NCBI RefSeq assembly: GCF_038150145.1 | Contig: NZ_JBBWSA010000013.1 | Span: 27,957 to 51,956, forward strand | Direction: 5' to 3' | DNA length: 24,000 nucleotides | Source of the DNA: Microbacterium schleiferi | GTDB lineage: Bacteria; Actinomycetota; Actinomycetes; Actinomycetales; Microbacteriaceae | Shown here: positions 7,922 through 15,735 of the stretch, one piece after another | How positions within the stretch are numbered: position 1 is the stretch's first letter | Layout of the letters: the number at the start of each line of letters is the position of its first letter | Notes under the pieces: model-generated | The model's database searches: none | Seen by the model: only the letters and a program-made list of their open reading frames with translations | Told to the model about the DNA's origin: nothing | Translations under genes and position numbers: made by a program

Positions 7922-8730
7922 GTTCGGCATCCGTATCGGTGCGGGGGGTCGGTTTCTCCTACCCGTCCGGCACTGCCGTGCTGCACAGCATCGACCTCGA
8001 GATCGCCGCCGGCGAGCGGGTGGCGGTGCTCGGGCCGAACGGAGCGGGCAAGACGACGCTCATGCTCCATCTGAACGGCATACACCTTCCCGATCGCGGA
8101 GTCGTGGAGATCGGCGGCACACCGGTGGGCCGAGGGTCGCTGCCCGAGATCCGCCGCCGAGTGGGCGTCGTCTTCCAAGACCCCGACGACCAGCTCTTCC
8201 TCCCGACAATCGGGGAGGATGTCGCATTCGGTCCCGGAAACTACGGCGTGCGCGGGCCGGAGCTGGAGTCGCGGGTCACCGAGGCTCTGACCCGGGTTGG
8301 ACTCGAGCACCATCGAGACACGGCGCCCGGTCGGCTGTCGCTTGGCCAGCGACGCCGCGCGGCTATTGCGACGATCCTGTCGATGGATGTGGAGGTCATC
8401 GTGCTCGACGAGCCGACCTCCAACCTCGACCCTGCCGCCCGTCGAGATTTGTCCGCGACCCTCGGTGCACTCGACGCCACGATCATCGTGGTGACCCACG
8501 ACCTGCCCTACGCCCTCGAGCTCTGCCCTCGGTCGGTGATCCTCGACGAAGGTCGAATCGTCGCCGACGGCACGACAACCGACATCCTCTCCGACGCCGA
8601 CCTGCTGAGCGCGCACGGCCTCGAGCTCCCGTGGGGGTTCGATCCGCGAGCGCCCCGTCCACCCCGTACCGGCGCGACCGGCCACGGCTCGGCGCCAGAT
8701 CAGGTCAGGATGCCGCGAGCCGAGCGTTGA
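7918..8730 (+). CDS. cbiO: ECF transporter ATPase CbiO (ABC ATP-binding protein)
   Basis: Walker A GPNGAGKTT, Q-loop, signature LSLGQRRR, Walker B VIVLDEPTSNLD, H-loop VTHDL. ATG at 7918 overlaps the cbiQ stop. Confidence 0.9.
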   Translation: MSSASVSVRGVGFSYPSGTAVLHSIDLEIAAGERVAVLGPNGAGKTTLMLHLNGIHLPDRGVVEIGGTPVGRGSLPEIRRRVGVVFQDPDDQLFLPTIGEDVAFGPGNYGVRGPELESRVTEALTRVGLEHHRDTAPGRLSLGQRRRAAIATILSMDVEVIVLDEPTSNLDPAARRDLSATLGALDATIIVVTHDLPYALELCPRSVILDEGRIVADGTTTDILSDADLLSAHGLELPWGFDPRAPRPPRTGATGHGSAPDQVRMPRAER

Positions 8731-9454
8731 CCCGCGCGAGCTGGGCACTCACGCGAGCCTCGAGTCCCCCGGCGGTGTCGCCGTCGATGACCTCGGCCAC
8801 CGCACCCCAATGGATGGCAACCTTCTCGCCGGCCGTCGCGGTGTCGCCGAAGGGGACTGTGACGTCCCGCTCGGCGTTCGCATCGTCGGAGTCATCGAGC
8901 GCGAGAACGCCCTCGCGATAGACCAGTCGCGGTCCGCGCACGCGCCAGCGTGTGGCATCCGCGTGCATGACCGTGGCAGGCAGGATCGCGCACGACTCCA
9001 ACACCTCGACGGGCTCGGGCCGACCGGTGCTGAGCAACCGCGTCCAGGGGTACACCCCGAAGACGTGAAAGGCGTGATGGGGAGCCGCTTCGGCGGCCAG
9101 AGACTCGTCAAGGTATGCCCAGTACGACCCGGCGCGCGGACCGATGATCGCCAGCAACTCACGCCAGAAGACGGCGGGATCGATGGCGTCGCCCTCGACA
9201 GAACCTGTCCAGTACGCCCGCACCGCCCGCTCATCGAGCGGATCGCACGCGAGAAGGCGCCCGATGACCGTCAGATACGGCCACGCGCCCGAGAAGCGGG
9301 TAGCCGCCCCCCGGACGTCCACCCCAGCGCCCTCACCGCTCGCCACCTCCGCGAGCAGGGGTGCGCCATCGGGGCCGCAGTAGCCCTTCTCGTTCGGGTG
9401 GTACGCGTAGCGCGCGAACAGTCGCTCCCCGTGCGGTCTCGAGTCGGCGCTCAC
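8705..9454 (-). CDS. Uncharacterised conserved protein, last gene of the hydrogenase maturation operon (possibly a DUF6390-type family; unverified)
   Basis: The GTG at 9454 forms a GTGA overlap with the hypD stop. 249 aa (VSADSRPHGERLFARYAYHPNEKGYCGPDGAPLL...). Only the last 250 codons of ORF 8705..10474 are credible, because the rest is antisense or out of frame to hypD. Confidence 0.6.
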   Translation of the reverse strand: MSADSRPHGERLFARYAYHPNEKGYCGPDGAPLLAEVASGEGAGVDVRGAATRFSGAWPYLTVIGRLLACDPLDERAVRAYWTGSVEGDAIDPAVFWRELLAIIGPRAGSYWAYLDESLAAEAAPHHAFHVFGVYPWTRLLSTGRPEPVEVLESCAILPATVMHADATRWRVRGPRLVYREGVLALDDSDDANAERDVTVPFGDTATAGEKVAIHWGAVAEVIDGDTAGGLEARVSAQLARVNARLAAS

Positions 9455-10581
9455 ACGCGGGCCACGGCCTGGGCCGCCTCCCGGTGGAGCCGACCGAAGT
9501 TGTAGTACGCGGCGCATGCGCCTTCGGGCGAGACCATGCACGTACCGATCGGGGTCTCGGGGGTGCACGCGGTGCCGAACACCTTGCACTCCCACGGCTT
9601 GATCACACCCCGCAGGACGCTGCCACATTCGCACGCTGGCGGGTCCTCGACCCGCACGCCGGGCAGCGCGAACTTCTTCTCGGCGTCGAATCGTTCGTAG
9701 TCGGGGTGGATGCCGTACCCAGACCGTGGGATGTAGCCGAGGCCCCGCCACTCGAACGTGTCGCGCACCGCGAAGACCTGCTGCATGAGCGCCAGCGCGG
9801 CAGGGTTCCCTTCGCGCCGCACCACCCGCGCGTACTGGTTCTCGACTTCGCAGCGGCCGTCCTCGAATTGCGCCAGCAGCATCTCGACAGACTGCAGGAT
9901 GTCGAGCGGCTCGAACCCGGTCACCACGATGGGAAGTCCATACTCGGCGGGGATGAAGTCGTAGACCGTCGTCCCCACCACCGTCGAGACGTGTCCGGGA
10001 CCGATGAAACCGTCGAGGTCGAGGTCGTCGGCATCCAGGATCGCGCGCAGCGGCGGTTCGATCAGGACGTGATTGCAGAAGATCGAGAAGTTCTTGATCG
10101 CGAGCGCTGCAGCACGAGCGATCGTCACCGCCGTCGACGGTGCGGTCGTCTCGAAACCTACCGCGAAGAACACGACCTCTTTGTCGGGGTTGTCGATGGC
10201 GATCTTCAGGGCATCCAGCGGCGAGTACACGAAGCGGACGTCGGCACCCGCTGCCTGCGCCTGCAGGAGGCTGCCCTCGGTGCCGGGAACGCGCATCATG
10301 TCGCCGAAGGTCGTGAAGATCACTCCGGGCCGATGCGCGAGCCACACCGCGTCGTCGACGCGTCCCATCGGGATGACGCACACCGGGCATCCGGGACCGT
10401 GCACGAGTTGCACGGCCTCGGGAAGAAGGTGCTCGAGCCCGTGCCGATAGATCGTATGGGTGTGACCGCCGCACACCTCCATGAACGACAGCGTGCGACC
10501 GAGGCGCTGCGTCTGCGCCTCGATGACACCGAGCAGCGAGCGGGCCGCAGCGGGGTCGCGGAACTCATCGACGAAACGCAT
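9451..10581 (-). CDS. hypD: [NiFe]-hydrogenase maturation protein HypD
   Basis: 376 aa. Motifs: MRFVDEFRD, FMEVCGGHTH, GPGCPVCV, FETTAP, GPGHVS, and C-terminal Cys motifs (CECG, CTPETPIGTCMVSPEGACAAYY). Confidence 0.95.
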   Translation of the reverse strand: MRFVDEFRDPAAARSLLGVIEAQTQRLGRTLSFMEVCGGHTHTIYRHGLEHLLPEAVQLVHGPGCPVCVIPMGRVDDAVWLAHRPGVIFTTFGDMMRVPGTEGSLLQAQAAGADVRFVYSPLDALKIAIDNPDKEVVFFAVGFETTAPSTAVTIARAAALAIKNFSIFCNHVLIEPPLRAILDADDLDLDGFIGPGHVSTVVGTTVYDFIPAEYGLPIVVTGFEPLDILQSVEMLLAQFEDGRCEVENQYARVVRREGNPAALALMQQVFAVRDTFEWRGLGYIPRSGYGIHPDYERFDAEKKFALPGVRVEDPPACECGSVLRGVIKPWECKVFGTACTPETPIGTCMVSPEGACAAYYNFGRLHREAAQAVARV

Positions 10582-10853
10582 CAGACGATCTCCGTTTCCA
10601 TGAAGGCCTCGAGCTCTTCGTCGTATGTTCGCCCGAGCTTTCGGATCTGGTCGAGGGTGACATCCGCCTCGCGCTCGTCGATCTTGCTCATCGCGAAGCC
10701 GACGTGAACCAGCACCCAGTCCCCGACTCCGACATGCTCGTCGGCAAGCAACCGCGTGGAGATGACGCGGCGAACACCACTGACCTCGACCGACGCGAGG
10801 TGTTCGTCGGCATCGACGACCTCGACGATCTCACCGGGGATTCCGAGACACAT
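10581..10853 (-). CDS. hypC: [NiFe]-hydrogenase assembly chaperone HypC
   Basis: 90 aa starting MCLGIPGEIVEV (essential Cys2). The ATG at 10853 is preceded by AAGAGAGG. Its stop overlaps the hypD start by 1 nt. Confidence 0.9.
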   Translation of the reverse strand: MCLGIPGEIVEVVDADEHLASVEVSGVRRVISTRLLADEHVGVGDWVLVHVGFAMSKIDEREADVTLDQIRKLGRTYDEELEAFMETEIV

Positions 10854-10867
10854 GACTGACCTCTCTT

Positions 10868-11992
10868 TCAGCAGATCCGGGGAAGGGGGTCGCCCACGAG
10901 CATGTCGACGATGCGGGTGCCACCGAAGGCGTTGCGCACCGCCACGATGTCGGAGGGACTCGCGACAACTTCGCCGATGATGGCGGCACTGTCGCCGCCG
11001 GGAAGTGCCCGTAGGGCAGCGAGCCCGGCATCCGCGACATCGGCGGGAACGACCGCGGCGAACATCCCCTCGTTGGCGACGTAGAGGGGATCGATCCCGA
11101 GCATGTCGCACGCGCCGCGAACCACCGGCGCCACCGGCAGGGCTTCGTCGTCGACGATCACTCCGCACCCGGATGCCTGTACGAGCTCGTTGAGCACGGT
11201 GCCAAGGCCCCCACGGGTGGCGTCTCTCATCCAGCGGGTCTGCGGCGCGGCATCCAGCAGAGCCTCGACGAGTCCGTTCACGGCACGGGAGTCGGACGAG
11301 ATCTCGGCGTCGATCGCGAGGTTGCCCCGCGCGAGCATGACGGCCATTCCGTGGGCGCCGATGGCACCTGACACGAGGATGCGATCGCCCGGTTCGACGA
11401 GGTCGGCTCCGAGTCGGCGACCTTCGGGGAGCACCCCCACCCCGGCTGTCGTGATGAAGAGCTTGTCGGCAGCGCCCCGGGGGACGACCTTGGTGTCGCC
11501 CGCGACGATCGCCACGCCCGCCGCGTCGGCTGCAGCCCGCATGTCGGCGGCGATCTCGCGGAGTGTCTGGACAGGAAGCCCCTCTTCGATGACGAAAGCC
11601 GCGGTGAGTGCGGTGGGCACCGCACCGCTGACGGCGAGGTCGTTGACGGTGCCGTTGACGGCAAGGTCGCCGATGCTCCCGCCGGGGAAGCGGATCGGGT
11701 TGACAACGTACGAGTCGGTGGTCATCGCGATGCGTCCCGCCGGCCGGTCCAGGACTGCAGCGTCGCCCGGGTCGCCCGGCGTGGGAGAGCCGAATGCTTC
11801 GAAGAAGACGGCGTCCACGAGCGCCGCAGAGGCCTTCCCCCCTGCTCCGTGCGCCAGGGTGATCACCTCGTCGATCAGCCGCGGGCGGCGCCGGCGGAAT
11901 GCTTCGATGCGGGCGAGGACCTCGTCCTCCGACTCATTGAGCCGGTTCTTTCCGCGCCGGACAGTGTCGGCTGCGGCGGAATCGGTGGTCAT
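10868..11992 (-). CDS. hypE: [NiFe]-hydrogenase maturation protein HypE (carbamoyl dehydratase)
   Basis: 374 aa with a PurM-like fold (TLAHGAGGKAS, TTDSYVV, VNDLAVSGA) and the diagnostic C-terminus ...GDPLPRIC. The ATG at 11992 is in an ATGA overlap with the upstream gene. Confidence 0.95.
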   Translation of the reverse strand: MTTDSAAADTVRRGKNRLNESEDEVLARIEAFRRRRPRLIDEVITLAHGAGGKASAALVDAVFFEAFGSPTPGDPGDAAVLDRPAGRIAMTTDSYVVNPIRFPGGSIGDLAVNGTVNDLAVSGAVPTALTAAFVIEEGLPVQTLREIAADMRAAADAAGVAIVAGDTKVVPRGAADKLFITTAGVGVLPEGRRLGADLVEPGDRILVSGAIGAHGMAVMLARGNLAIDAEISSDSRAVNGLVEALLDAAPQTRWMRDATRGGLGTVLNELVQASGCGVIVDDEALPVAPVVRGACDMLGIDPLYVANEGMFAAVVPADVADAGLAALRALPGGDSAAIIGEVVASPSDIVAVRNAFGGTRIVDMLVGDPLPRIC

Positions 11993-12633
11993 GACATCAC
12001 CTCCGCGGCGATCGGGACGGGCACCTCGGGCGGCAGCGGCACCGAAGCGATCGCCATCCCGGCGTGGATGAGCACGAGGTCGCCCGGCCTGACGTGTCCG
12101 AGGATCGTGACATCGACATCCTCCTCGCCGTCCGCAGTACGTACGCGCGCCGGAGCAAACAGGACGGGTGGAGCCGCGAGGACCTCTCCGAGTCGACCTT
12201 CGTCGCTGCAAGTAATACAGACCTCGTCCGTGCACTCCACGATGGCCGGCTGCAGCGCGGCGGGGTCTGCTCGCAGGTCGTCGGCGAGGGTGAGGATGCC
12301 GGGCACGACGACCTCAGGATCGCCGGCGACACACACGGTGGCCACGCCATCGGCAGGACGCTGCGCATCCCCTACCCAGATCCCCGCGACTCCCCATGCT
12401 GGAAGTCGGGCCAAGAGCTGGTCCCGGTCGGCGAAGGCGCCCACGATGATCGCGGCGTCGCCCGATCGCGCGGTGGCTCGCAGAATCTCGACCGCGTCGG
12501 CCTGCCCCACCTCCCGGACACCGGAGAGCGCTGAAGAGTCCACGCCGATGACGTGCACAGCGCCACCGAGCACCTGGGCGCGGGCCACGTGGACGGCGGC
12601 GATCCGCAGGTCGCTTGCAGGCGCGGCGCTCAC
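11989..12633 (-). CDS. Uncharacterised two-domain protein: unknown N-terminal alpha/beta-like domain fused to a C-terminal HypC/HupF-like domain with an internal CxxC
   Basis: GTG at 12633 (GTGA overlap with the upstream hypC-paralog stop). 214 aa. The C-terminal ~90 aa (EVCITCSDEGRLGEVL...VDVTILGHVRPGDLVLIHAGMAIASV) mirrors the HypC pattern (MC-x-x-P-G...GD-x-VLVHxGFA), but its Cys residues are internal. Confidence 0.6.
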   Translation of the reverse strand: MSAAPASDLRIAAVHVARAQVLGGAVHVIGVDSSALSGVREVGQADAVEILRATARSGDAAIIVGAFADRDQLLARLPAWGVAGIWVGDAQRPADGVATVCVAGDPEVVVPGILTLADDLRADPAALQPAIVECTDEVCITCSDEGRLGEVLAAPPVLFAPARVRTADGEEDVDVTILGHVRPGDLVLIHAGMAIASVPLPPEVPVPIAAEVMS

Positions 12634-12902
12634 AGCCCGATCCTCGCGTCGTGGGCAATCGCACCGTCGGCATTGACGACACCGGCATCCTGCATCGCGC
12701 TCATCACCTGGGTGACCTGATCGGCCGGAACGCGGGTGAGCGCAAAGCCGGCGTGCACGATGACGTAGTCGCCGACCTGGAGGTCGGGGAGGAAGTTGAG
12801 CTTGGCCGTTTTGGTCTCGCCGGCGAAGTCGATCTCGGCGACGATCGCGCCGTCGGGCTCGACCCAGCGGTCGGTGATCCTGCCCGGAATCGCAAGGCAC
12901 AT
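12630..12902 (-). CDS. hypC: Second HypC/HupF-family hydrogenase chaperone
   Basis: MCLAIPGRITDRW...VGDYVIVHAGFALTRV. The ATG at 12902 is preceded by AGGGGAG. An alternative GTG at 12911 (GTGA overlap with the hypF stop) would add MSP before the essential N-terminal Cys, so it is less likely. Confidence 0.85.
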   Translation of the reverse strand: MCLAIPGRITDRWVEPDGAIVAEIDFAGETKTAKLNFLPDLQVGDYVIVHAGFALTRVPADQVTQVMSAMQDAGVVNADGAIAHDARIGL

Positions 12903-12907
12903 CGGGC

Positions 12908-15295
12908 TCACTCCCCTCTGCCGGACGAGCCGGCAAGCATCAGGTGTCCGGCGAGGGCCTGCCCGAGGCTCAGGCCGCCGTCCCCGGCGGGAACCCGACG
13001 GTGGAGCATCATCGGGACCCCGTCGCGGGACAGTCTAGATCCGACCTCGTTCAGCAGCACGCGGTTTTGTGCGACGCCGCCGGTGATGCCCGCAACGTCG
13101 GCGCGGCCAGAGCTGACGAGGTCGGTGAGCGCGGTGGCGATCCAGGCAGCGACGCCGTCGTGGAACCTCCGCGCCAGACACGCGACCGGTTGTCCCGCAC
13201 GCATCCGCTCAACGATGTCGGCGACCATCGCGGGCAGATCGGCTGCGGCATCCGGGTGCCCGCCGTGCTCGCAGGCGCCCGCAGCTGCCTCGAGCTCCAT
13301 CGCCGCCTGGGCTTCGTAGGTGATGCGATGACGGATGCCGAGAATCGCCGCGACGGCGTCGAAGACCCGCCCGAGACTTGAGGTCGCGATCACGCCGACG
13401 GGCTCCGCGGAATCCAGCTGTGCATGCACGAGAGCCAGTTCCGCGGGTGGAGCATCGGCGGCGACGGGGATGCCGGTGTCATCGATGCCCCAGTCGCGCA
13501 GCAGCCCGACTGCGACGCGCCAGGGTCTGCGGGCAGCGGTGTCCCCACCGACCAACCGGAAGCGTGGGACGTGCGCGACGCGCTCGTATTCGAGCGGGTC
13601 GGCCCCGACGAGCAGGATCTCGCCACCCCAAATGGTGGAGTCCTCACCCCACCCGGTGCCGTCGACGGCGGCCACCGCGACCCGGGTGCCGAGCGCGCCG
13701 TGTTCGGCGACAAGACTCAGGGCGTGCGCGTGGTGGTGCTGGACCTGCACGAGAGAGATCCCGGTCCGATCCGCATGCCGCTGCGCCCACCGCGTTGTCG
13801 CGTAATCGGGGTGCAGATCGGCGACCAGAAGAGCCGGCGAACTGCGATGCAGCGCCTCGAACTGTGCGACGCCCCGCTCGAAAGCATCCTGGCACGCGAG
13901 CGAACCCATGTCTCCGACGTGGGGCGACAGGAACGCCCGGTCATCGCGCACGATCGCGAACGTGTTCTTGAGTTCGCCTCCGACAGCGAGGACCACGCCA
14001 CCGCCGGACGAGGCTGAGAGACGGATCGGTAGCGGCGCGTACCCGCGGCTCCGACGAATCGGAATCAGGTCGCCGCCTGCGCCACCGGCGAGCAGGACCG
14101 AATCCTCGACGGGAACGTGGATACCTCGGTCGTTCGTGAGGAAGAGGTCGGCGATCCCGCCGAGCAGCTCGAAAGCGTCGTCCTCGCGGAAGCACAGCGG
14201 GTCACCTGACACGTTGCCGCTGGTTGCCACCACGACGTCTGTCGGATTCAGCAGGATCTCATGCACCGCGGCGGAGGGGAGCATGATGCCTATCCGCGAC
14301 AGCCCGGGAGCCACGGACGGCGCGAGATCGGCATCCGTCGCTGCATCGGCGATGACAATGGGACGGGCAGGCCCCGTCATCTCGCGGGCCGCGGCCGCGT
14401 CGAGGTGCGCGATGCGCGATGCCTCCTCGATCGAACCGGCCATCACCGCGAAGGGCTTGTCGGGACGGCGCTTACGCTCCCGCAACCGGCGGACGGCAGC
14501 GTCGCTGCGGGCATCGCACATCAAGGTGTAGCCGCCGAGGCCTTTGACCGCCACGATGCGCCCGTCCCCGAGAGCACGTCGCGCGGCGGCGAGCGCCTCC
14601 GTTCCGGTACTCACGGGACTCCCAGCGGCATCCGTCAGCGCGAGAGTAGGTCCGCAGTCGAAGCAGCTGATCGGTTGGGCGTGGTAGCGCCGATCGAGGG
14701 GATCCTCATACTCGGCGCGGCAGGCTGCGCACATCGGAAAGACCGACATGGTCGTCAGCGGCCTGTCGTAGGGGAGGTCACGGATGATGCTCAGCCGTGG
14801 TCCGCAGTTCGTGCAGGTGATGAAGGGGTAGCCGAAGCGCCTGTCATCCGGGTCTCGAAGCTCGCGGCGGCAGTCGTCACAGCATCCGACGTCGGGCGGG
14901 ATGAGGGTGCGCACGCCGTCCGCACGGCGGCTCTCGACGATCCGGAAGTCGGCCTCCCCCGGGATGGTGTCGCGATCCGCGGTGGTCATTTCGTCGATGA
15001 CAGCGAGGACTGGCGCATGCTCACGCACCTCGCGCAGAAAGTTTGCGACGGCGGCGGCAGTCCCCTGCGCCTCGATGAAGACGCTCTCGTCGTCGTTGCC
15101 GCACCATCCGGTCACGCCGTGCGCGGCAGCGATTCGCGAAACGTGCGGGCGAAACCCGACACCCTGCACGACACCGCGCACCGTCGCGGCTACGCGGACG
15201 CTGGGCACGACGACAGCGCGCAGGCGCGCCGTGTCAGTGCCCGCCGCAGCCACAGCCCTCGGGGCCGCATGCGCCGGCCCCGGTCCCGCAGGCAC
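12908..15295 (-). CDS. hypF: Carbamoyltransferase HypF
   Basis: Acylphosphatase domain (VRGVVQGVGFRP), two zinc-finger CxxC pairs (CDDCRRE...CTNCGPR; CAACRAEY...CFDCGP), and YrdC-like and Kae1-like domains. The start is uncertain: GTG 15295 is the longest; GTG 15253 or GTG 15208 are alternatives. 15208 gives the N-terminal length most typical of homologs. Confidence 0.9.
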   Translation of the reverse strand: MPAGPGPAHAAPRAVAAAGTDTARLRAVVVPSVRVAATVRGVVQGVGFRPHVSRIAAAHGVTGWCGNDDESVFIEAQGTAAAVANFLREVREHAPVLAVIDEMTTADRDTIPGEADFRIVESRRADGVRTLIPPDVGCCDDCRRELRDPDDRRFGYPFITCTNCGPRLSIIRDLPYDRPLTTMSVFPMCAACRAEYEDPLDRRYHAQPISCFDCGPTLALTDAAGSPVSTGTEALAAARRALGDGRIVAVKGLGGYTLMCDARSDAAVRRLRERKRRPDKPFAVMAGSIEEASRIAHLDAAAAREMTGPARPIVIADAATDADLAPSVAPGLSRIGIMLPSAAVHEILLNPTDVVVATSGNVSGDPLCFREDDAFELLGGIADLFLTNDRGIHVPVEDSVLLAGGAGGDLIPIRRSRGYAPLPIRLSASSGGGVVLAVGGELKNTFAIVRDDRAFLSPHVGDMGSLACQDAFERGVAQFEALHRSSPALLVADLHPDYATTRWAQRHADRTGISLVQVQHHHAHALSLVAEHGALGTRVAVAAVDGTGWGEDSTIWGGEILLVGADPLEYERVAHVPRFRLVGGDTAARRPWRVAVGLLRDWGIDDTGIPVAADAPPAELALVHAQLDSAEPVGVIATSSLGRVFDAVAAILGIRHRITYEAQAAMELEAAAGACEHGGHPDAAADLPAMVADIVERMRAGQPVACLARRFHDGVAAWIATALTDLVSSGRADVAGITGGVAQNRVLLNEVGSRLSRDGVPMMLHRRVPAGDGGLSLGQALAGHLMLAGSSGRGE

Positions 15296-15701
15296 CCGTC
15301 GGGGCGGCGCTCGGCCCGCGCAACAGCGATTCGAGACTCACGAACGCTACGGGACGAGCGCTCGCCGTCGGCGCCGGCGCCGTCGCCTCGGCGGTGGCTG
15401 CGGGGTCCGGCATCCGGATGATTCCGTGCATGCCCAGCAGCATCCGCACTGCCGGATCGTCGACGAGGTCAAAGAGGAGCTCCTTGCCACGTGGGTCTTC
15501 CCGCAGAGCCCGCACGATCGTGGTGAGCGCCTCCTTTGAGAGAGCGTCAAGGGCCAGCGCGAACTCTTCAGCCACGGCACGACTGTCGGGATCGAGCCGG
15601 CTGATGGCAGCGACAGCCGCATCCAGTCTCGAGGCAGTCGTTTCGAGGGTTGCAGCCTCTGGAGTGTCAGTGTCTCGCGTGTGAGTGTCGAGCATCGTCA
15701 T
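15234..15701 (-). CDS. Uncharacterised hydrogenase-associated protein with a C-terminal Cys/Gly-rich tail (possible metal or Fe-S binding accessory protein)
   Basis: The ATG at 15701 is preceded by GGGGAGG at a 6-nt spacing. 155 aa with a helical core (ALDALSKEALTTIVRALREDPRGKELLFDLVDDPAVRMLLGMHGII). The tail is GACGTGAGACGPEGCGCGGH, which holds the only 4 Cys of the protein. Confidence 0.6.
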   Translation of the reverse strand: MTMLDTHTRDTDTPEAATLETTASRLDAAVAAISRLDPDSRAVAEEFALALDALSKEALTTIVRALREDPRGKELLFDLVDDPAVRMLLGMHGIIRMPDPAATAEATAPAPTASARPVAFVSLESLLRGPSAAPTGACGTGAGACGPEGCGCGGH

Positions 15702-15735
15702 CGGATACCTCCCCATTCGTTCCGGCGTGCGGGCG

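Noticed and set aside
9455-10474. Upstream two thirds of the 589-aa ORF 8705..10474
   Set aside because: It is out of frame over hypD and has Arg-rich nonsense composition. Only the segment after the GTG at 9454, which is coupled to the hypD stop, is credible.
11989-12633. Calling the N-terminal half of the HypC-like fusion protein an SIS (sugar isomerase) domain
   Set aside because: I could not find the SIS phosphosugar-binding Gly/Ser/Thr motifs. The resemblance is only a generic alpha/beta pattern, so it is left unassigned.
12903-12911. GTG at 12911 (GTGA overlap with the hypF stop) as the start of the second HypC paralog
   Set aside because: It would add three residues (MSP) ahead of the Cys, which must be N-terminal after Met removal. 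The ATG at 12902 has a well-spaced AGGGGAG SD.
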